Shown here: one piece after another, positions 20,637 through 30,830 of the stretch | How the letters are laid out: each line of letters begins with the position of its first letter | How positions within the stretch are numbered: position 1 is the first letter of the stretch | DNA from: Candidatus Levyibacteriota bacterium | Lineage (GTDB): Bacteria; Patescibacteriota; Microgenomatia; Levybacterales; UBA12049 | Reading direction: 5' to 3' | Assembly: GCA_029260965.1 (NCBI GenBank) | Contig: JAJDCG010000002.1 | Location: forward strand, 124,707 to 188,706 | DNA: 64,000 nt | The notes under the pieces: model-generated | What the model was told of the DNA's origin: nothing | Seen by the model: the letters and a program-made list of their open reading frames with translations, nothing else | The model's database searches: none | Translations under genes and position numbers: made by a program

Positions 20637-21182
20637 ATGTTGCGTTTTACTCATAAATTATCACACAAAAAATCCCTCAAAAAGGGCTTTACCCTCATAG
20701 AGCTCCTCATAGCAGTTGCCATCATCGGAGTCCTCGCTGTGGGTCTATTGGCTATTATTAATCCTCCGGAGCAATTGGCAAGAGGGCGCGACGGCACGAG
20801 AAAATCCGTAATTGCACAGTTGGGTAGGGCTATTAATTCATATTATGCTATTAATAGCGCATATCCGGATCAGACAACCGGTTGGATTACCGTTCTTCAA
20901 ATTGCTTCCGAAACTAAAGCCCTGCCATTTAATCCGACGGCTGAAGGATATAGCACTGAATGTTACACAGGCGCAGCAGAGAATGGATATTGTTATAAAA
21001 AGAGCGGAACCAATACGATTGTTTATGCGCGCGTAGAATCCAATGCTGATAAACAAAAGGCGGGGTGCAGTGTTGGCCAGATTGCTTGGATTGTATGGTC
21101 ATCAGAAGGAGGCAAAACCGGATTTACCTGTACAGCAAATGCTACAACTGACCCAGCGATTACTGGGTTGACGATTAACTGA
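20637..21182 (+). CDS. type IV major pilin, paralog 2
   Basis: Same N-terminal roughly 60 aa and an identical C-terminal ATTDPAITGLTIN; the middle part diverges. Confidence 0.8.
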   Translation: MLRFTHKLSHKKSLKKGFTLIELLIAVAIIGVLAVGLLAIINPPEQLARGRDGTRKSVIAQLGRAINSYYAINSAYPDQTTGWITVLQIASETKALPFNPTAEGYSTECYTGAAENGYCYKKSGTNTIVYARVESNADKQKAGCSVGQIAWIVWSSEGGKTGFTCTANATTDPAITGLTIN

Positions 21183-21213
21183 CACTTTATTTTTTCTTCA
21201 GTTACCTTCATAA

Positions 21214-22041
21214 TTGAATTATATGGGTATATTATTTATTATTGTATTGGTTTTTCTCATTGGCCTCGTTTTGGGTAGTTTTTTAAATGTAGTAGTCGAT
21301 AGATCTGTAGAGGGAAAATCGTTTGTGTCAGGCAGGTCAAAATGTGCATATTGCCATAGAGAACTATCACCAATTGAGCTTTTGCCACTTGTTTCTTATG
21401 TGATGCAGGGTGGTAAATGTAAGCATTGTTCAAAAAAATTGAGTATATATTATCCAGTGGTCGAATTGACTACAGGAATACTATTTGTCATAGCTATGTA
21501 TGATATTATCGGCAATACTCCCCTATCTCCTCCAACATATGGGATTCTAGATGCGACTTACGGTATGTATATTTTTGCAGTGATTTCTGTGTTAATAATT
21601 ATTTTTTTTACTGATTTAAAATATGGGTTAATACCCTTTTACACGACCCTATTAGCGATTTTGGTAGTTTTTTTAAAAAACATTTTTTTTCCATTATATG
21701 ATGATTTGAGTTTAATTAATTATTTTTTCTCCGCCTTTTTTTCACTCATTTTTTTCCTGATTTTATTTCTTGCCACCAAGGGTCGCGGCATGGGATTTGG
21801 TGATGTGGTTTATGTTTTTTTGATGGGATTATTACTTGGATTTCCGAAGATAGTGCTAGGGATGTATATCGCATTCTTGTCAGGTACAGTTGTAGCACTT
21901 TTCTTGGTTTTTTTAAAAAAGAAAAAGATGAAAGGAGGAACTATACCATTTGGTCCTTTTCTTGTGGCTGGAACTGTGATTAGTTTTTTTTGGGGCAATA
22001 TGATTATAGATGGAATCATGAAGTATTTAGTGATGATTTAA
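21214..22041 (+). CDS. pilD: prepilin peptidase / N-methyltransferase (A24 family)
   Basis: N-terminal zinc CxxC...CxxC (CAYCHRE...CKHC), eight TM segments and catalytic Asp residues. Confidence 0.85.
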   Translation: MNYMGILFIIVLVFLIGLVLGSFLNVVVDRSVEGKSFVSGRSKCAYCHRELSPIELLPLVSYVMQGGKCKHCSKKLSIYYPVVELTTGILFVIAMYDIIGNTPLSPPTYGILDATYGMYIFAVISVLIIIFFTDLKYGLIPFYTTLLAILVVFLKNIFFPLYDDLSLINYFFSAFFSLIFFLILFLATKGRGMGFGDVVYVFLMGLLLGFPKIVLGMYIAFLSGTVVALFLVFLKKKKMKGGTIPFGPFLVAGTVISFFWGNMIIDGIMKYLVMI

Positions 22042-22089
22042 TCTCAAGGGTTGCAAGTTTCAGTTCAAGAAGCCATAATTAAAATAGGT

Positions 22090-22590
22090 ATGATAAACGC
22101 AAAAATAAGCAAAGGGTTTACGTTTATTGAACTGCTTTTAACCATTGCTTTTTTAGCTGTTTTAGCAGTTGGGATACTGACGCTTATAAATCCTGTAGAA
22201 CAGATAAGTAAGGCAAATGATTCTAGAAGAAAGTCTGATTTGGAAATAATAAAGACAGCTGTTGATACTTATTATAACGATTTCGGTTCATATCCTACTT
22301 CAAATGCTTCCTATGAGATTTCTGGAGTAGCCTGGGGTGCTTCATGGCAGCCCTACCTAAGCCAGGTACCCAAAGACAAAAATGGGAGAACTTTTGTTTA
22401 CTATTCTCCCCCCGCATCTAACGGTCAAACTTATTATCTTTATACCTCTCTGGAGAGAGGAGGAAAAGATATTAATGCTTGTAATCCCGACGGTTCAGCT
22501 TGCTTGAATGTTCCAATGGGAGTTGTTTGTGGAGGTAATGCCTCTATGATATGTAATTATGGGGTGTCTAGCCCCAATGTGACACCATGA
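22090..22590 (+). CDS. minor pilin / pseudopilin (prepilin-type N-terminus)
   Basis: ...SKG|FTFIELLLTIAFLAVLA; the start was moved to the internal Met to give a normal-length leader. Confidence 0.65.
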   Translation: MINAKISKGFTFIELLLTIAFLAVLAVGILTLINPVEQISKANDSRRKSDLEIIKTAVDTYYNDFGSYPTSNASYEISGVAWGASWQPYLSQVPKDKNGRTFVYYSPPASNGQTYYLYTSLERGGKDINACNPDGSACLNVPMGVVCGGNASMICNYGVSSPNVTP

Positions 22591-23036
22591 GAAAGATTAA
22601 AAATATAAGTAAATTTAAAAAAGGTTTTACGCTCATAGAGCTTCTTCTTGTGATGGTAATTATAGGAATCATGGCTACTGCAGGGGTTGTAAACTACATT
22701 GCTGTAAGAGAGCGTGCTAGGGATGCAGAGAGAAAGGCTGATTTAGTTCAGCTTCGTTCAGCAGTGGAACTGTACAAGGCTGATCAGGGATCGTACCCAA
22801 CATCTCTTTCAACTTGTGGTTCTTCGCTTCAAAATTCAGGAATTGTGTATATGCAATCAGTTCCATGTGATCCTTCAACCTTATCAGACTATGATTATAT
22901 TCCCGGTGGGACCCCGCCCTCAAGCTATTATCTAGTTGCTTGTCTAGAAAACACAAATGATGCTCAAAAAGATGTACCCATTAATCCATATGGAACATCT
23001 TGTTCTGTTGCATCTTATTCAGTAACAAATCCATAA
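22587..23036 (+). CDS. GspG/PulG-like pseudopilin
   Basis: KKG|FTLIELLLVMVIIGIMA followed by the GspG-type ERARDAERKADL...YKADQGSYP motif. Confidence 0.75.
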   Translation: MRKIKNISKFKKGFTLIELLLVMVIIGIMATAGVVNYIAVRERARDAERKADLVQLRSAVELYKADQGSYPTSLSTCGSSLQNSGIVYMQSVPCDPSTLSDYDYIPGGTPPSSYYLVACLENTNDAQKDVPINPYGTSCSVASYSVTNP

Positions 23037-23047
23037 TCAGCTTATTC

Positions 23048-23557
23048 ATGTTGAATTACAATCCCAAAATTTTAAATAAAAAAAAATTAATTTCAATGAG
23101 AGGTTTTACGCTTATTGAGCTGGTTGTAGTTTTTTCTATTTCTGCAATTATCTCAACCGTTAGTCTTGCAGCATTTAGTTCGTATAGCAGCTCTCAAGTG
23201 TATCGTACAGCAGTATCTGATTTTGTTAGCATGCTCAATAGTGCTAGGTCAAAATCAGTTTCACAAGTAAAACCTGAGCAGTGTAGTGGAAGTTCGCTGG
23301 ATGGTTATCAGGTCTCTATAGATGAGGTTTCTTCAAATTACCAGTTGAATGTAATTTGCGGTGGCTCCATAAGTCTGCCTGTAATTGAGTCGAGAACTCT
23401 TCCTGAGGGTGTTATGTTTGGTTCAGGTTCAGTCTCAAGTATTAGGTTTGAGGTTTCTAGTGGAGCTGTTAATTCTGAATCTATACTGACAGTTGAAGGA
23501 TTTGGGAAGGCCAATACTGTAACTGTAGATACAACTGGTTTTGTTAATATTGATTAA
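23048..23557 (+). CDS. minor pilin (prepilin-type N-terminus)
   Basis: ...MRG|FTLIELVVVFSISAIIS. Confidence 0.6.
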   Translation: MLNYNPKILNKKKLISMRGFTLIELVVVFSISAIISTVSLAAFSSYSSSQVYRTAVSDFVSMLNSARSKSVSQVKPEQCSGSSLDGYQVSIDEVSSNYQLNVICGGSISLPVIESRTLPEGVMFGSGSVSSIRFEVSSGAVNSESILTVEGFGKANTVTVDTTGFVNID

Positions 23558-24011
23558 TATGAAAGGAAGTACTTTAATTGAGGCTGTTATTTCTCTTGGA
23601 ATAATAACAATTATTGTAACAGGAGTTACTGTTGTTGTTACAACCGCTTTGAGCAATAGTCAGCATAGTGTAAATCAAAATTCAGCTACGGAATTTGCTC
23701 AAGAAGGGTTAGAGATTGTCAGGAGTATTAGAAATAGCAATTACAATCAATTTAAGAATTTTGATGGTACGTATTGTTTGGATAAGGGAGATATCATGCT
23801 TGGTTCTCCTGTTTCTTCATGCAGCACACCAAATGTCGATAATTTTATTCGTTCTGTAGTTATCCAGCAGTCGCCTGGCTGCGCAGCTGATATAGCAAGT
23901 GTGACTGTGACGACTTCATGGTCCAGTTCAAAATGTCCATCTGAGAGTTTTTGTCACAAGAGTGAGCTTTCAACCTGCATGCTAACAGAGAATCCAGTTG
24001 GCGGATTATAG
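23541..24011 (+). CDS. minor pilin-like protein (PilV/GspI-like N-terminus)
   Basis: MKGSTLIEAVISLGIITIIV; overlaps its neighbours, operonic. Confidence 0.5.
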   Translation: MLILINMKGSTLIEAVISLGIITIIVTGVTVVVTTALSNSQHSVNQNSATEFAQEGLEIVRSIRNSNYNQFKNFDGTYCLDKGDIMLGSPVSSCSTPNVDNFIRSVVIQQSPGCAADIASVTVTTSWSSSKCPSESFCHKSELSTCMLTENPVGGL

Positions 24012-24564
24012 TTTTAACAAATTATTTATGGTTAGAAAATATTTAAATTCGAAGTGTTTAGAAAAGGGATTTACCCTGATTGAGGTTTTGACGGTAAGTG
24101 GAATAATTATAACACTGTCAGCAATTGTTTTGTCCATTTTATTTGCCTCATTCAGGGCAACAAGCAAGTCGGAAAGTCTCATATCTCTGAGGTATGGAGG
24201 GAATGCGGTTCTAGCTCAGATTAGTAAGAAAATTAGATATGCAAAGAGTCTCGAGGATCCTGCTTCCTGTGTTGTCCCTGTCACAACAGATTCGATTACC
24301 ATAATTGCTGATGATGATCGAAGTATTATATATTCATGCCTGGATTCTCCATCAACCATTGCTTCAAATAGTGTGAACCTTGTTGACCCGAGAGTTTTTA
24401 GTATTAGTGAATGCTCATTTACATGTTCACAGCCTAGTGTTGATTCATCTCCGACAATAAAGATTAACTTTCTACTTTCTGAAAATATTTCTACTAGTTC
24501 GGCTGGTGAAGCTGAATCATTACCTTTTCAGACATCGATAACATTTAGGAATTTTTTACGATAA
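23998..24564 (+). CDS. minor pilin (PilW/GspJ-like)
   Basis: EKG|FTLIEVLTVSGIIITLSAIVL. Confidence 0.6.
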   Translation: MADYSFNKLFMVRKYLNSKCLEKGFTLIEVLTVSGIIITLSAIVLSILFASFRATSKSESLISLRYGGNAVLAQISKKIRYAKSLEDPASCVVPVTTDSITIIADDDRSIIYSCLDSPSTIASNSVNLVDPRVFSISECSFTCSQPSVDSSPTIKINFLLSENISTSSAGEAESLPFQTSITFRNFLR

Positions 24565-24613
24565 CCTTGATCTTATTGACAGATCACTTTCGTGCCTGAT
24601 AAGCTTAAAATGC

Positions 24614-25477
24614 ATGTTGATAAAAAAATATAAAAAAACAGGAATTAGTCTTATCGATAGTTTTTATAAAGGTCAGACATTACTTGTGGTTGTTTTGATT
24701 ATGGTTATATCTCTTACTGTTGGGCTCTCTGTTGTTTCAAGAAGTATTACTGATATCAGAACAGCCTCTGATGATGAAAATTCACAGAGAGCGTTTACTG
24801 CTGCCGAGGCAGGTATTGAGCAGGCGCTTCAGGATGGTGAATCTTTGATATCGGGTAGTTTTTCGGGTAATAATGCTGTTTACGAAACAACTGTTGAGAC
24901 CTTGGGTGATTCAGGCGAATTTTTATTGAATAATGGAAGTAGTATCTTGAAAGATCAGCCAGCAGACATTTGGTTGTCAACTTACTCAGAAGATGATAAC
25001 TTGAATTATTCTAATCCATGGAGCGGAAATTTAACAATTAGTTGGGGATCAGATGATGATTTGTGTGATCCTGAGGAGTTAATAAATACCGAAGCTGCAC
25101 TAGAAATAGTGTTAATTAGGGGTTCCAAGGCTTCTCCGCAATCTTCGCATTTTCTTTTTGATCCTTGCGATTCGCGTCGAACAGGAGTTTCAGGTAATAA
25201 TTTTTCATCCCCTACTGTTGGTTCGTTTAGTGTGGCAGGTGACACATTTTCCAATCAAGTAACAATTCCGATTAACTCAGGTTTGCTTGCAAGGCTAATA
25301 CCGCTTTATGCTTCTGCAAAAATTGGCATTTCTGGAAATAGCACTCTTCCTCCCCAGGGAGTAGTGATTACGTCGATAGGCAGATCAGGATCTTCAGAAA
25401 GAAAAGTCGTAAGTTTTCGTTCTAATCCAGGGTTGCCTGTAGAGTTATTTCCTTATATATTATTCGTTCCTAAATAA
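24614..25477 (+). CDS. PilX-like pilus assembly protein
   Basis: Single N-terminal TM followed by a QRAFTAAEAGIE motif as in the PilX N-terminal domain. Confidence 0.5.
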   Translation: MLIKKYKKTGISLIDSFYKGQTLLVVVLIMVISLTVGLSVVSRSITDIRTASDDENSQRAFTAAEAGIEQALQDGESLISGSFSGNNAVYETTVETLGDSGEFLLNNGSSILKDQPADIWLSTYSEDDNLNYSNPWSGNLTISWGSDDDLCDPEELINTEAALEIVLIRGSKASPQSSHFLFDPCDSRRTGVSGNNFSSPTVGSFSVAGDTFSNQVTIPINSGLLARLIPLYASAKIGISGNSTLPPQGVVITSIGRSGSSERKVVSFRSNPGLPVELFPYILFVPK

Positions 25478-26514
25478 TGAAAAGTAATTCTTTTGGTTTA
25501 GACATAGGTACAAGTACTTTTAAAGCTGTTGTGCTTGAAAAAACGGGCGACGGCATTAAGCTGGTAAGTGCTGCATCTTCTGCAACACCAAAACCAGGCA
25601 TACAGTCAGAATCTCCCTTTGATCATCAGGATATGGCAAAAGTGATATTGAAAGTTTTGGAAGCAGCAAAGATATCTGAAGAAAATGTGAGCATAGCACT
25701 TCCAGAGAATCATGTTTTTACAAAAATAATAGAAATACCTGCAATTTCTGACAAAGAGCTTGAAACTGCAATTTATTGGGAGGCAGAACAGTATATTCCA
25801 GCATCTCTTGATACAGTTGCGCTAGCTTATACTGTTATCAGAAGGCCAAAAGATGGTTCAAAACAGGACAGGATGCAGGTTTTGCTCGTTGCAGCTCCAC
25901 ATCAGTTGATTCAGAGATATCAGAGTGTTTTAGACTATATTGGCATAAAGATTTCATCTGTCGAGACAGAGTCATTGTCTGTTGTTAGAGCTTTGATAAG
26001 AGACAATACTTCACCTACTTCTTTTGTTATTAATATTGGTTCAATGAACACAACTATTTCCATTGTTCAGGCGGGTGATATGATCTTTAATTACTATGTT
26101 CCATTGGGTGGGGTTGCTTTGACGCGGGCAATATCATCAGGATTTGGATTTTCTATTGAGAAAGCAGAAGAATATAAAAAGACATATGGTTTGTCAGACA
26201 AGAATTTTGGAGGGAAGGTTACTTCTGCGATTGAGCCTGTTCTTGCCTCGATCATTAGTGAAATTAAAAAAGCTCGGACATTTTATAATGAAAAATACCA
26301 GAATGATTCCCCTATTACTCAAATTCTTCTAACAGGTGGCGCATCAAGACTACCAGGAATTGATCTTTATTTTGTAAAAAACATTGACATTGAGACTGTT
26401 ATTGCAAATCCTTTTAAGACAGCCGGCATTAAGAATGTTCCTGATAATTTAGATTCTGCAGGACCTGAGTATTCAGTTGCAGTAGGGCTTGCTCTGAAAG
26501 ATTATGAAGAATAA
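25477..26514 (+). CDS. pilM: type IV pilus assembly protein PilM (actin-like ATPase fold)
   Basis: FGLDIGTSTFKAVVLE phosphate-1 motif, about 345 aa, followed by PilN/O-like genes. Confidence 0.8.
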   Translation: MKSNSFGLDIGTSTFKAVVLEKTGDGIKLVSAASSATPKPGIQSESPFDHQDMAKVILKVLEAAKISEENVSIALPENHVFTKIIEIPAISDKELETAIYWEAEQYIPASLDTVALAYTVIRRPKDGSKQDRMQVLLVAAPHQLIQRYQSVLDYIGIKISSVETESLSVVRALIRDNTSPTSFVINIGSMNTTISIVQAGDMIFNYYVPLGGVALTRAISSGFGFSIEKAEEYKKTYGLSDKNFGGKVTSAIEPVLASIISEIKKARTFYNEKYQNDSPITQILLTGGASRLPGIDLYFVKNIDIETVIANPFKTAGIKNVPDNLDSAGPEYSVAVGLALKDYEE

Positions 26515-27040
26515 TATTAATTTACTAAAAGCTAATGAAACTACAAAAGTATCCAAGCTTACAAGAACTCAAAGAATTTTGAGAATCATTGCTGTTAGCC
26601 TCCTGTTTGTTGTTTCTTCAGCATCAATGATTATTTTAGTATTGATTATTCTTTCACCGTTACCCGCGTTAAGGGAGGAAGAGCAAAATGCAAGACTCAC
26701 TTTGGAAAATGCTCATGCAGATTTAGCCAAGTTGATAGTTGTGAAAGAAAGAGCTGATAGCATTAATAATATTATTCTAAATCGTAAGTATTACGGTCAA
26801 TCGCTTGAAAAAATTTTTTCTAAAACAGCAGGTGTTTCAGTTGGGTCCATGGATATAAAATCAAAAACAATTTCAATGACTCTTAGTAGTAGTTCCCTTC
26901 TTTTGTTGGATAATTTTTTGATAGACATGGTAGAGACAGTTGAGCAAAAGGATGGATTTACCAAGATGAATGTAGTAAGCATAACCACAGCAGAAGGTTC
27001 AGCTGAATATGAAATGGAGATAATACTGGAGATGTTATGA
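26504..27040 (+). CDS. pilN: PilN-like bitopic pilus assembly protein
   Basis: Single TM after a short basic N-terminus, followed by a periplasmic-type domain; position after pilM. Confidence 0.55.
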   Translation: MKNNINLLKANETTKVSKLTRTQRILRIIAVSLLFVVSSASMIILVLIILSPLPALREEEQNARLTLENAHADLAKLIVVKERADSINNIILNRKYYGQSLEKIFSKTAGVSVGSMDIKSKTISMTLSSSSLLLLDNFLIDMVETVEQKDGFTKMNVVSITTAEGSAEYEMEIILEML

Positions 27041-27804
27041 GAAAAGTTTTAGGAGTCGGACAGAACAATTGGCGGTTTAGTTTTTATCGCTACAAAGATT
27101 CAAATTATTATGTTCCAAGTGTTATTGGTTTAATTTTTTTGATATCGTTTTTTTTGATTTTTTATGTAATTGTTCCCCAATTAAGTAATTGGTTTTCAAT
27201 AAAGAATGAAGCGATTGCAACAAGAAAAAGAATAGACATAATAAAAGGAAACATTAATTTTATGAATAATCTTGATAGATCAGTTGTGAATTCACAGTTT
27301 GATATAGTCACAAGCGCATTGCCAGCCAGTAGAGAGTTTACCAGCATACTTGATGTAATCTCCGAGGCTGCTTTAAATGCTGGAGTATCAGTAGATGATT
27401 ATAGTTTTGTGTTGGGTAAGCTTTCAGCAGAGTATAATGATGATATCGGAGAAGATGGAGCTGGTGTGGTAGTCAACAATGACGAGTTGTTGCCCATTAC
27501 TCTTCAAGTTACAATAGGAGGCGATGCGCAGGGTACAATGCTCTTTCTTCAACAATTAAGTAAAAAAATCCCTTTATCAGGGGTAATAGAAGTAGAGAAA
27601 AATTTTACAAATGCAACTCTGGATATAGAATTCTATTATAAACCAATTCCAGATATTGTTTTTGAAGACGATAAGCCAATAGAGCCTGTTTCAGATGAAC
27701 AAAAGAGATTAATAAGTGAAATTTCAGGCTGGAAACCGATTTTTTCATCAGAAGATTTTGTGACAACCCCTACAGGTTCTTCTTCATCAGCTCCTCTTTT
27801 TTAG
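27037..27804 (+). CDS. pilO: PilO-like pilus assembly protein
   Basis: N-terminal TM plus a coiled-coil and C-terminal domain; its start overlaps pilN. Confidence 0.5.
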   Translation: MRKVLGVGQNNWRFSFYRYKDSNYYVPSVIGLIFLISFFLIFYVIVPQLSNWFSIKNEAIATRKRIDIIKGNINFMNNLDRSVVNSQFDIVTSALPASREFTSILDVISEAALNAGVSVDDYSFVLGKLSAEYNDDIGEDGAGVVVNNDELLPITLQVTIGGDAQGTMLFLQQLSKKIPLSGVIEVEKNFTNATLDIEFYYKPIPDIVFEDDKPIEPVSDEQKRLISEISGWKPIFSSEDFVTTPTGSSSSAPLF

Positions 27805-28488
27805 GATGTCTGGTCGCATTTTTTTAGTTGCAGACAATGCTTTTTGTCTTCTCCATTTTTCAATTTCTTTATGATTTCCAGAAAGTAGAATTTCAGGCAC
27901 GGATTTATTATTGTAGGTTTGCGGTTTTGTATAGTGGGGATATTCGAGTTGAATTTTTCCATCTATTTCAGAGAAGGATTCCTCTTCGATCGCGCTGTCT
28001 GGTAGAACGCCCTTAATCAATCTCGTCACGCTATCTGCTATAAGCATGGCTGGTATCTCGCCTCCGGTTAAAATAAAGTCTCCAATCGATATTTCCTCAT
28101 CTATGTATTCCTTGACTCTTTCGTCTACACCTTCATAATGCCCACAGATTAGTATAAGATGGTCCAGCTTCGAATGTTCAAGAGCTATTTTCTGGTTATA
28201 TGTTTTTCCTGTTGCACTTAATAAAACTATTTTTTCTTTATTTTTTATACTCAAAGTATTGTGTCTCACGTTTTGGATAGCAGCATGTAGTACATCAACT
28301 TTCATAACCATCCCTACTCCTCCGCCATATTCTGTATCGTCGACCATTTTGTGTTTTCCTGCACCAAAGTTTCTGATGTTGACAATCTCAATTTCAATCA
28401 ATTTTCTTTCTTGAGCTCTTTTTACGATTGAATGATCAAAAGGACCTGAAAACATTTCAGGAAAAAGAGTTAAAATAGATATTTTCAT
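27787..28488 (-). CDS. trmD: tRNA (guanine37-N1)-methyltransferase
   Basis: SPOUT-fold TrmD sequence conserved along the full length (MKISILTLFPEMF...). Confidence 0.9.
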   Translation of the reverse strand: MKISILTLFPEMFSGPFDHSIVKRAQERKLIEIEIVNIRNFGAGKHKMVDDTEYGGGVGMVMKVDVLHAAIQNVRHNTLSIKNKEKIVLLSATGKTYNQKIALEHSKLDHLILICGHYEGVDERVKEYIDEEISIGDFILTGGEIPAMLIADSVTRLIKGVLPDSAIEEESFSEIDGKIQLEYPHYTKPQTYNNKSVPEILLSGNHKEIEKWRRQKALSATKKMRPDILKKRS

Positions 28489-28619
28489 TATTGCATTTTA
28501 GCACAGGTATTAGAAACTCGCCTAATCTGTTTTTGTTTAACAGAGAATATTATAATAAAAAGCAGTAATTAGATTGCTGAAAATTCAAGTATGAGAATTA
28601 TATGTAGAAATATTTAATG

Positions 28620-28862
28620 TTATTCTTCAGGTGTTTCGGCGAGGGTGATATTGATGCGTAGATCTTGCTTCATTGCCTTTATCTTCATGATATTTCGTAT
28701 GCCTCGTATGACCTTACCTTCTTTGCCGATAATTTTTCCCATGTCTTCTTTCGCAACTGAAACAACAAAGTTAAGCATGTCATCAGTTTCTGTTTCTTCT
28801 ATTTGAACATTGTCTGGACTATCAACTATGGAAGAGATTATGTGGTAAAGAGTGTCTTTCAT
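28620..28862 (-). CDS. KH-domain RNA-binding protein (YlqC/UPF0109 family)
   Basis: 80 aa with KH GxxG (IGKEGKVI); position between rpsP and trmD. Confidence 0.7.
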   Translation of the reverse strand: MKDTLYHIISSIVDSPDNVQIEETETDDMLNFVVSVAKEDMGKIIGKEGKVIRGIRNIMKIKAMKQDLRINITLAETPEE

Positions 28863-29089
28863 TATTTTACGATTTGTTGTACAGTGCTACTTGGTTTTGC
28901 GCCTTTTGAAACCCAGTAATTGTATTTTTCCATGTCAATTTTTCTATTTTTGAAGTCTTTTGATTTTTCAAACCAGCCTAAAAGATCGACATATCCACCA
29001 TCTCGTTTCGAACGTTTTTCTTTAACAACAACGCGGAATTTGCGCTCTCCTTTTTTACCTGTTCTAGCTAGTCTTATTACAAGTGACAT
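28862..29089 (-). CDS. rpsP: 30S ribosomal protein S16
   Basis: MSLVIRLARTGKKGERKFRVVV... Confidence 0.9.
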   Translation of the reverse strand: MSLVIRLARTGKKGERKFRVVVKEKRSKRDGGYVDLLGWFEKSKDFKNRKIDMEKYNYWVSKGAKPSSTVQQIVK

Positions 29090-29138
29090 ATATTTAGTTT
29101 GTGGCTTATATAGTCTAGTACGTAGCTTATATTTACGT

Positions 29139-29167
29139 TCTAAGCACTATCTGACCATACGATAGTA
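29139..29167 (-). promoter_or_regulatory. candidate promoter for rpsP on the minus strand: TTGAGA, 17-nt spacer, TATACT
   Basis: Read from the reverse complement of 29139-29167. Confidence 0.3.
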
Positions 29168-29195
29168 TACCAAAGTTCGTTCAGCTTCTCAAGCG

Positions 29196-29870
29196 TCAGG
29201 ATGTATCAGTTTTTTCCATCTGCGCAAGGGCTTCAGTAGCTGCTTTTTCTTCGGCTACTTGTTTTGATTTTCCTATGCCTGTTCCCAGTTTTTTATTTTC
29301 TATAAAAACACCAATTGTAAATTTTCTGGCATGTGCAGGTCCTTCCTCTGAAAGCACCTCATAGATAGGTGAATTTTGTTTTTTGGCTTGAACTTTTTCT
29401 TGTAGAAGGCTTTTAGGGTCTTTAAACACCTTTTTTTGTACGTGTTTTGAGATATTTGGGATTAAAACGTCATTTAGGAACTCTTTTACCTTTTCTATTC
29501 CTTGATCAATAAAGAGTGCACCAGTGAATGACTCGAAAGTATTAGCAAGAAGCGATTGATTTGTTCGTCCTCCATAGCTTTCTTCTCCTTTTGAAAGAAG
29601 AAGTTTTTCGCCAAAGTTTAGTTCCTCTGCTCTCTCAGAAAGGCTTTTTGTATTTACAACCAGCGAGCGTAAATTCGTAAGAATTCCTTCGTCAAAGTTA
29701 GGATAGGTATTGTAGAGATGTTCGGATACGACAAATGAAATAATACTATCTCCTAGGAATTCCAGTCTCTCATTTGACTCTAATTTTTCTCTTGACTCAT
29801 TTAGGTATGACCTATGGGTAAAAGCGTTTTTTAAAAGTTTTGGATTTTTAAATTTAGGTAAGTTTTTCAT
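29196..29870 (-). CDS. rnc: ribonuclease III
   Basis: RNase III signature ERLEFLGDS plus a C-terminal dsRBD. Confidence 0.9.
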   Translation of the reverse strand: MKNLPKFKNPKLLKNAFTHRSYLNESREKLESNERLEFLGDSIISFVVSEHLYNTYPNFDEGILTNLRSLVVNTKSLSERAEELNFGEKLLLSKGEESYGGRTNQSLLANTFESFTGALFIDQGIEKVKEFLNDVLIPNISKHVQKKVFKDPKSLLQEKVQAKKQNSPIYEVLSEEGPAHARKFTIGVFIENKKLGTGIGKSKQVAEEKAATEALAQMEKTDTS

Positions 29871-30213
29871 GTTTGATTATGTGCCCTAATACTCCGTTTA
29901 CAAAGCTGGGGCTTGTGTCTCCACCGTATTCTTTTGCTAGTTCAATAGCTTCATCTATTATAACGTTTTTGGGCTCTTTTTTCTCTATGAGGAGTTCAAA
30001 CGCTGCTAGTCGCAATATTGCTAAATCGACTCTGTTGATTTTTTCGAGTGGAAAATCAGGTGCAGCAGTTGTAATTTTTGAATCAATTACAGTTTTATTT
30101 TTCAATATTTCCTTGGTTCTGTCTCCAACTGATTGCTGATGGAATTCGAGCCCAAAAAGATCTTTAATTGCTTTTTGCCTTTTTCTGTGGCGAGGGTCGT
30201 CAGAGGTTTTCAT
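29854..30213 (-). CDS. nusB: NusB-like antitermination factor
   Basis: About 119 aa helical protein with the NusB-family pattern (RHRKRQKAI...LAILRLAAFEL). Confidence 0.65.
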   Translation of the reverse strand: MKTSDDPRHRKRQKAIKDLFGLEFHQQSVGDRTKEILKNKTVIDSKITTAAPDFPLEKINRVDLAILRLAAFELLIEKKEPKNVIIDEAIELAKEYGGDTSPSFVNGVLGHIIKHEKLT

Positions 30214-30222
30214 ATAAAATCT

Positions 30223-30408
30223 TTAGGATTTTTTGTTTTCAACAACTTGTTTTCCCTTATAGTATCCGCAACTTGAGCAAATTGAGTGTGATAGAACTTT
30301 TGTTCCGCAATTTTTACAAACCACAGGCTTAGTGGTTGTAAAACTGATTGATGCTCGTCTTTTTCCTTTCCTAGCCCGTGAATGGCGTTTCTTTGGTTCT
30401 TGTGGCAT
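30223..30408 (-). CDS. rpmF: 50S ribosomal protein L32
   Basis: KRHSRARKGKRR plus a CxxC...CxxC zinc ribbon. Confidence 0.85.
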   Translation of the reverse strand: MPQEPKKRHSRARKGKRRASISFTTTKPVVCKNCGTKVLSHSICSSCGYYKGKQVVENKKS

Positions 30409-30457
30409 TTGACTATTTTACTTCATTTACGCTCAACATGCAAGAGATATATAGATA

Positions 30458-30814
30458 TTAGAGGTCTTGTAAGTCTTGTTCTATTTCTACAAAATCAGTC
30501 GGTGTAGTATCTTGGACATCTACAGCCTCCACTTCATCTACTACTGTTGTGGGCGACGGGGTAGATGGCGGATTTGTAGGGCGTATTGTTGGTATTGGCC
30601 CTGAGGTGTTTCCTGTTTGGTTTTGGCTAACTAAAAATACAACCAAGCTCATAATTATAATTGTTACAATTACTACAGCAATCAAAATTGGCATCTTGTT
30701 ATTTTTTGGAGCTTGTGTCCTTGTGTTTTCCGAAGGGGCGATAGTCCCATTTTGGGTAGGATTGGGATCTGTTTTTGTATTTGCTGCTTGATTGGTTTGT
30801 TCTTGTTCGATCAT
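30458..30814 (-). CDS. Pro/Thr-rich single-pass membrane protein
   Basis: One TM (ILIAVVIVTIIIMSLVVFLV) flanked by low-complexity T/P/N/Q-rich segments. Confidence 0.45.
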   Translation of the reverse strand: MIEQEQTNQAANTKTDPNPTQNGTIAPSENTRTQAPKNNKMPILIAVVIVTIIIMSLVVFLVSQNQTGNTSGPIPTIRPTNPPSTPSPTTVVDEVEAVDVQDTTPTDFVEIEQDLQDL

Positions 30815-30830
30815 GTTATTTTTGGGAAAA

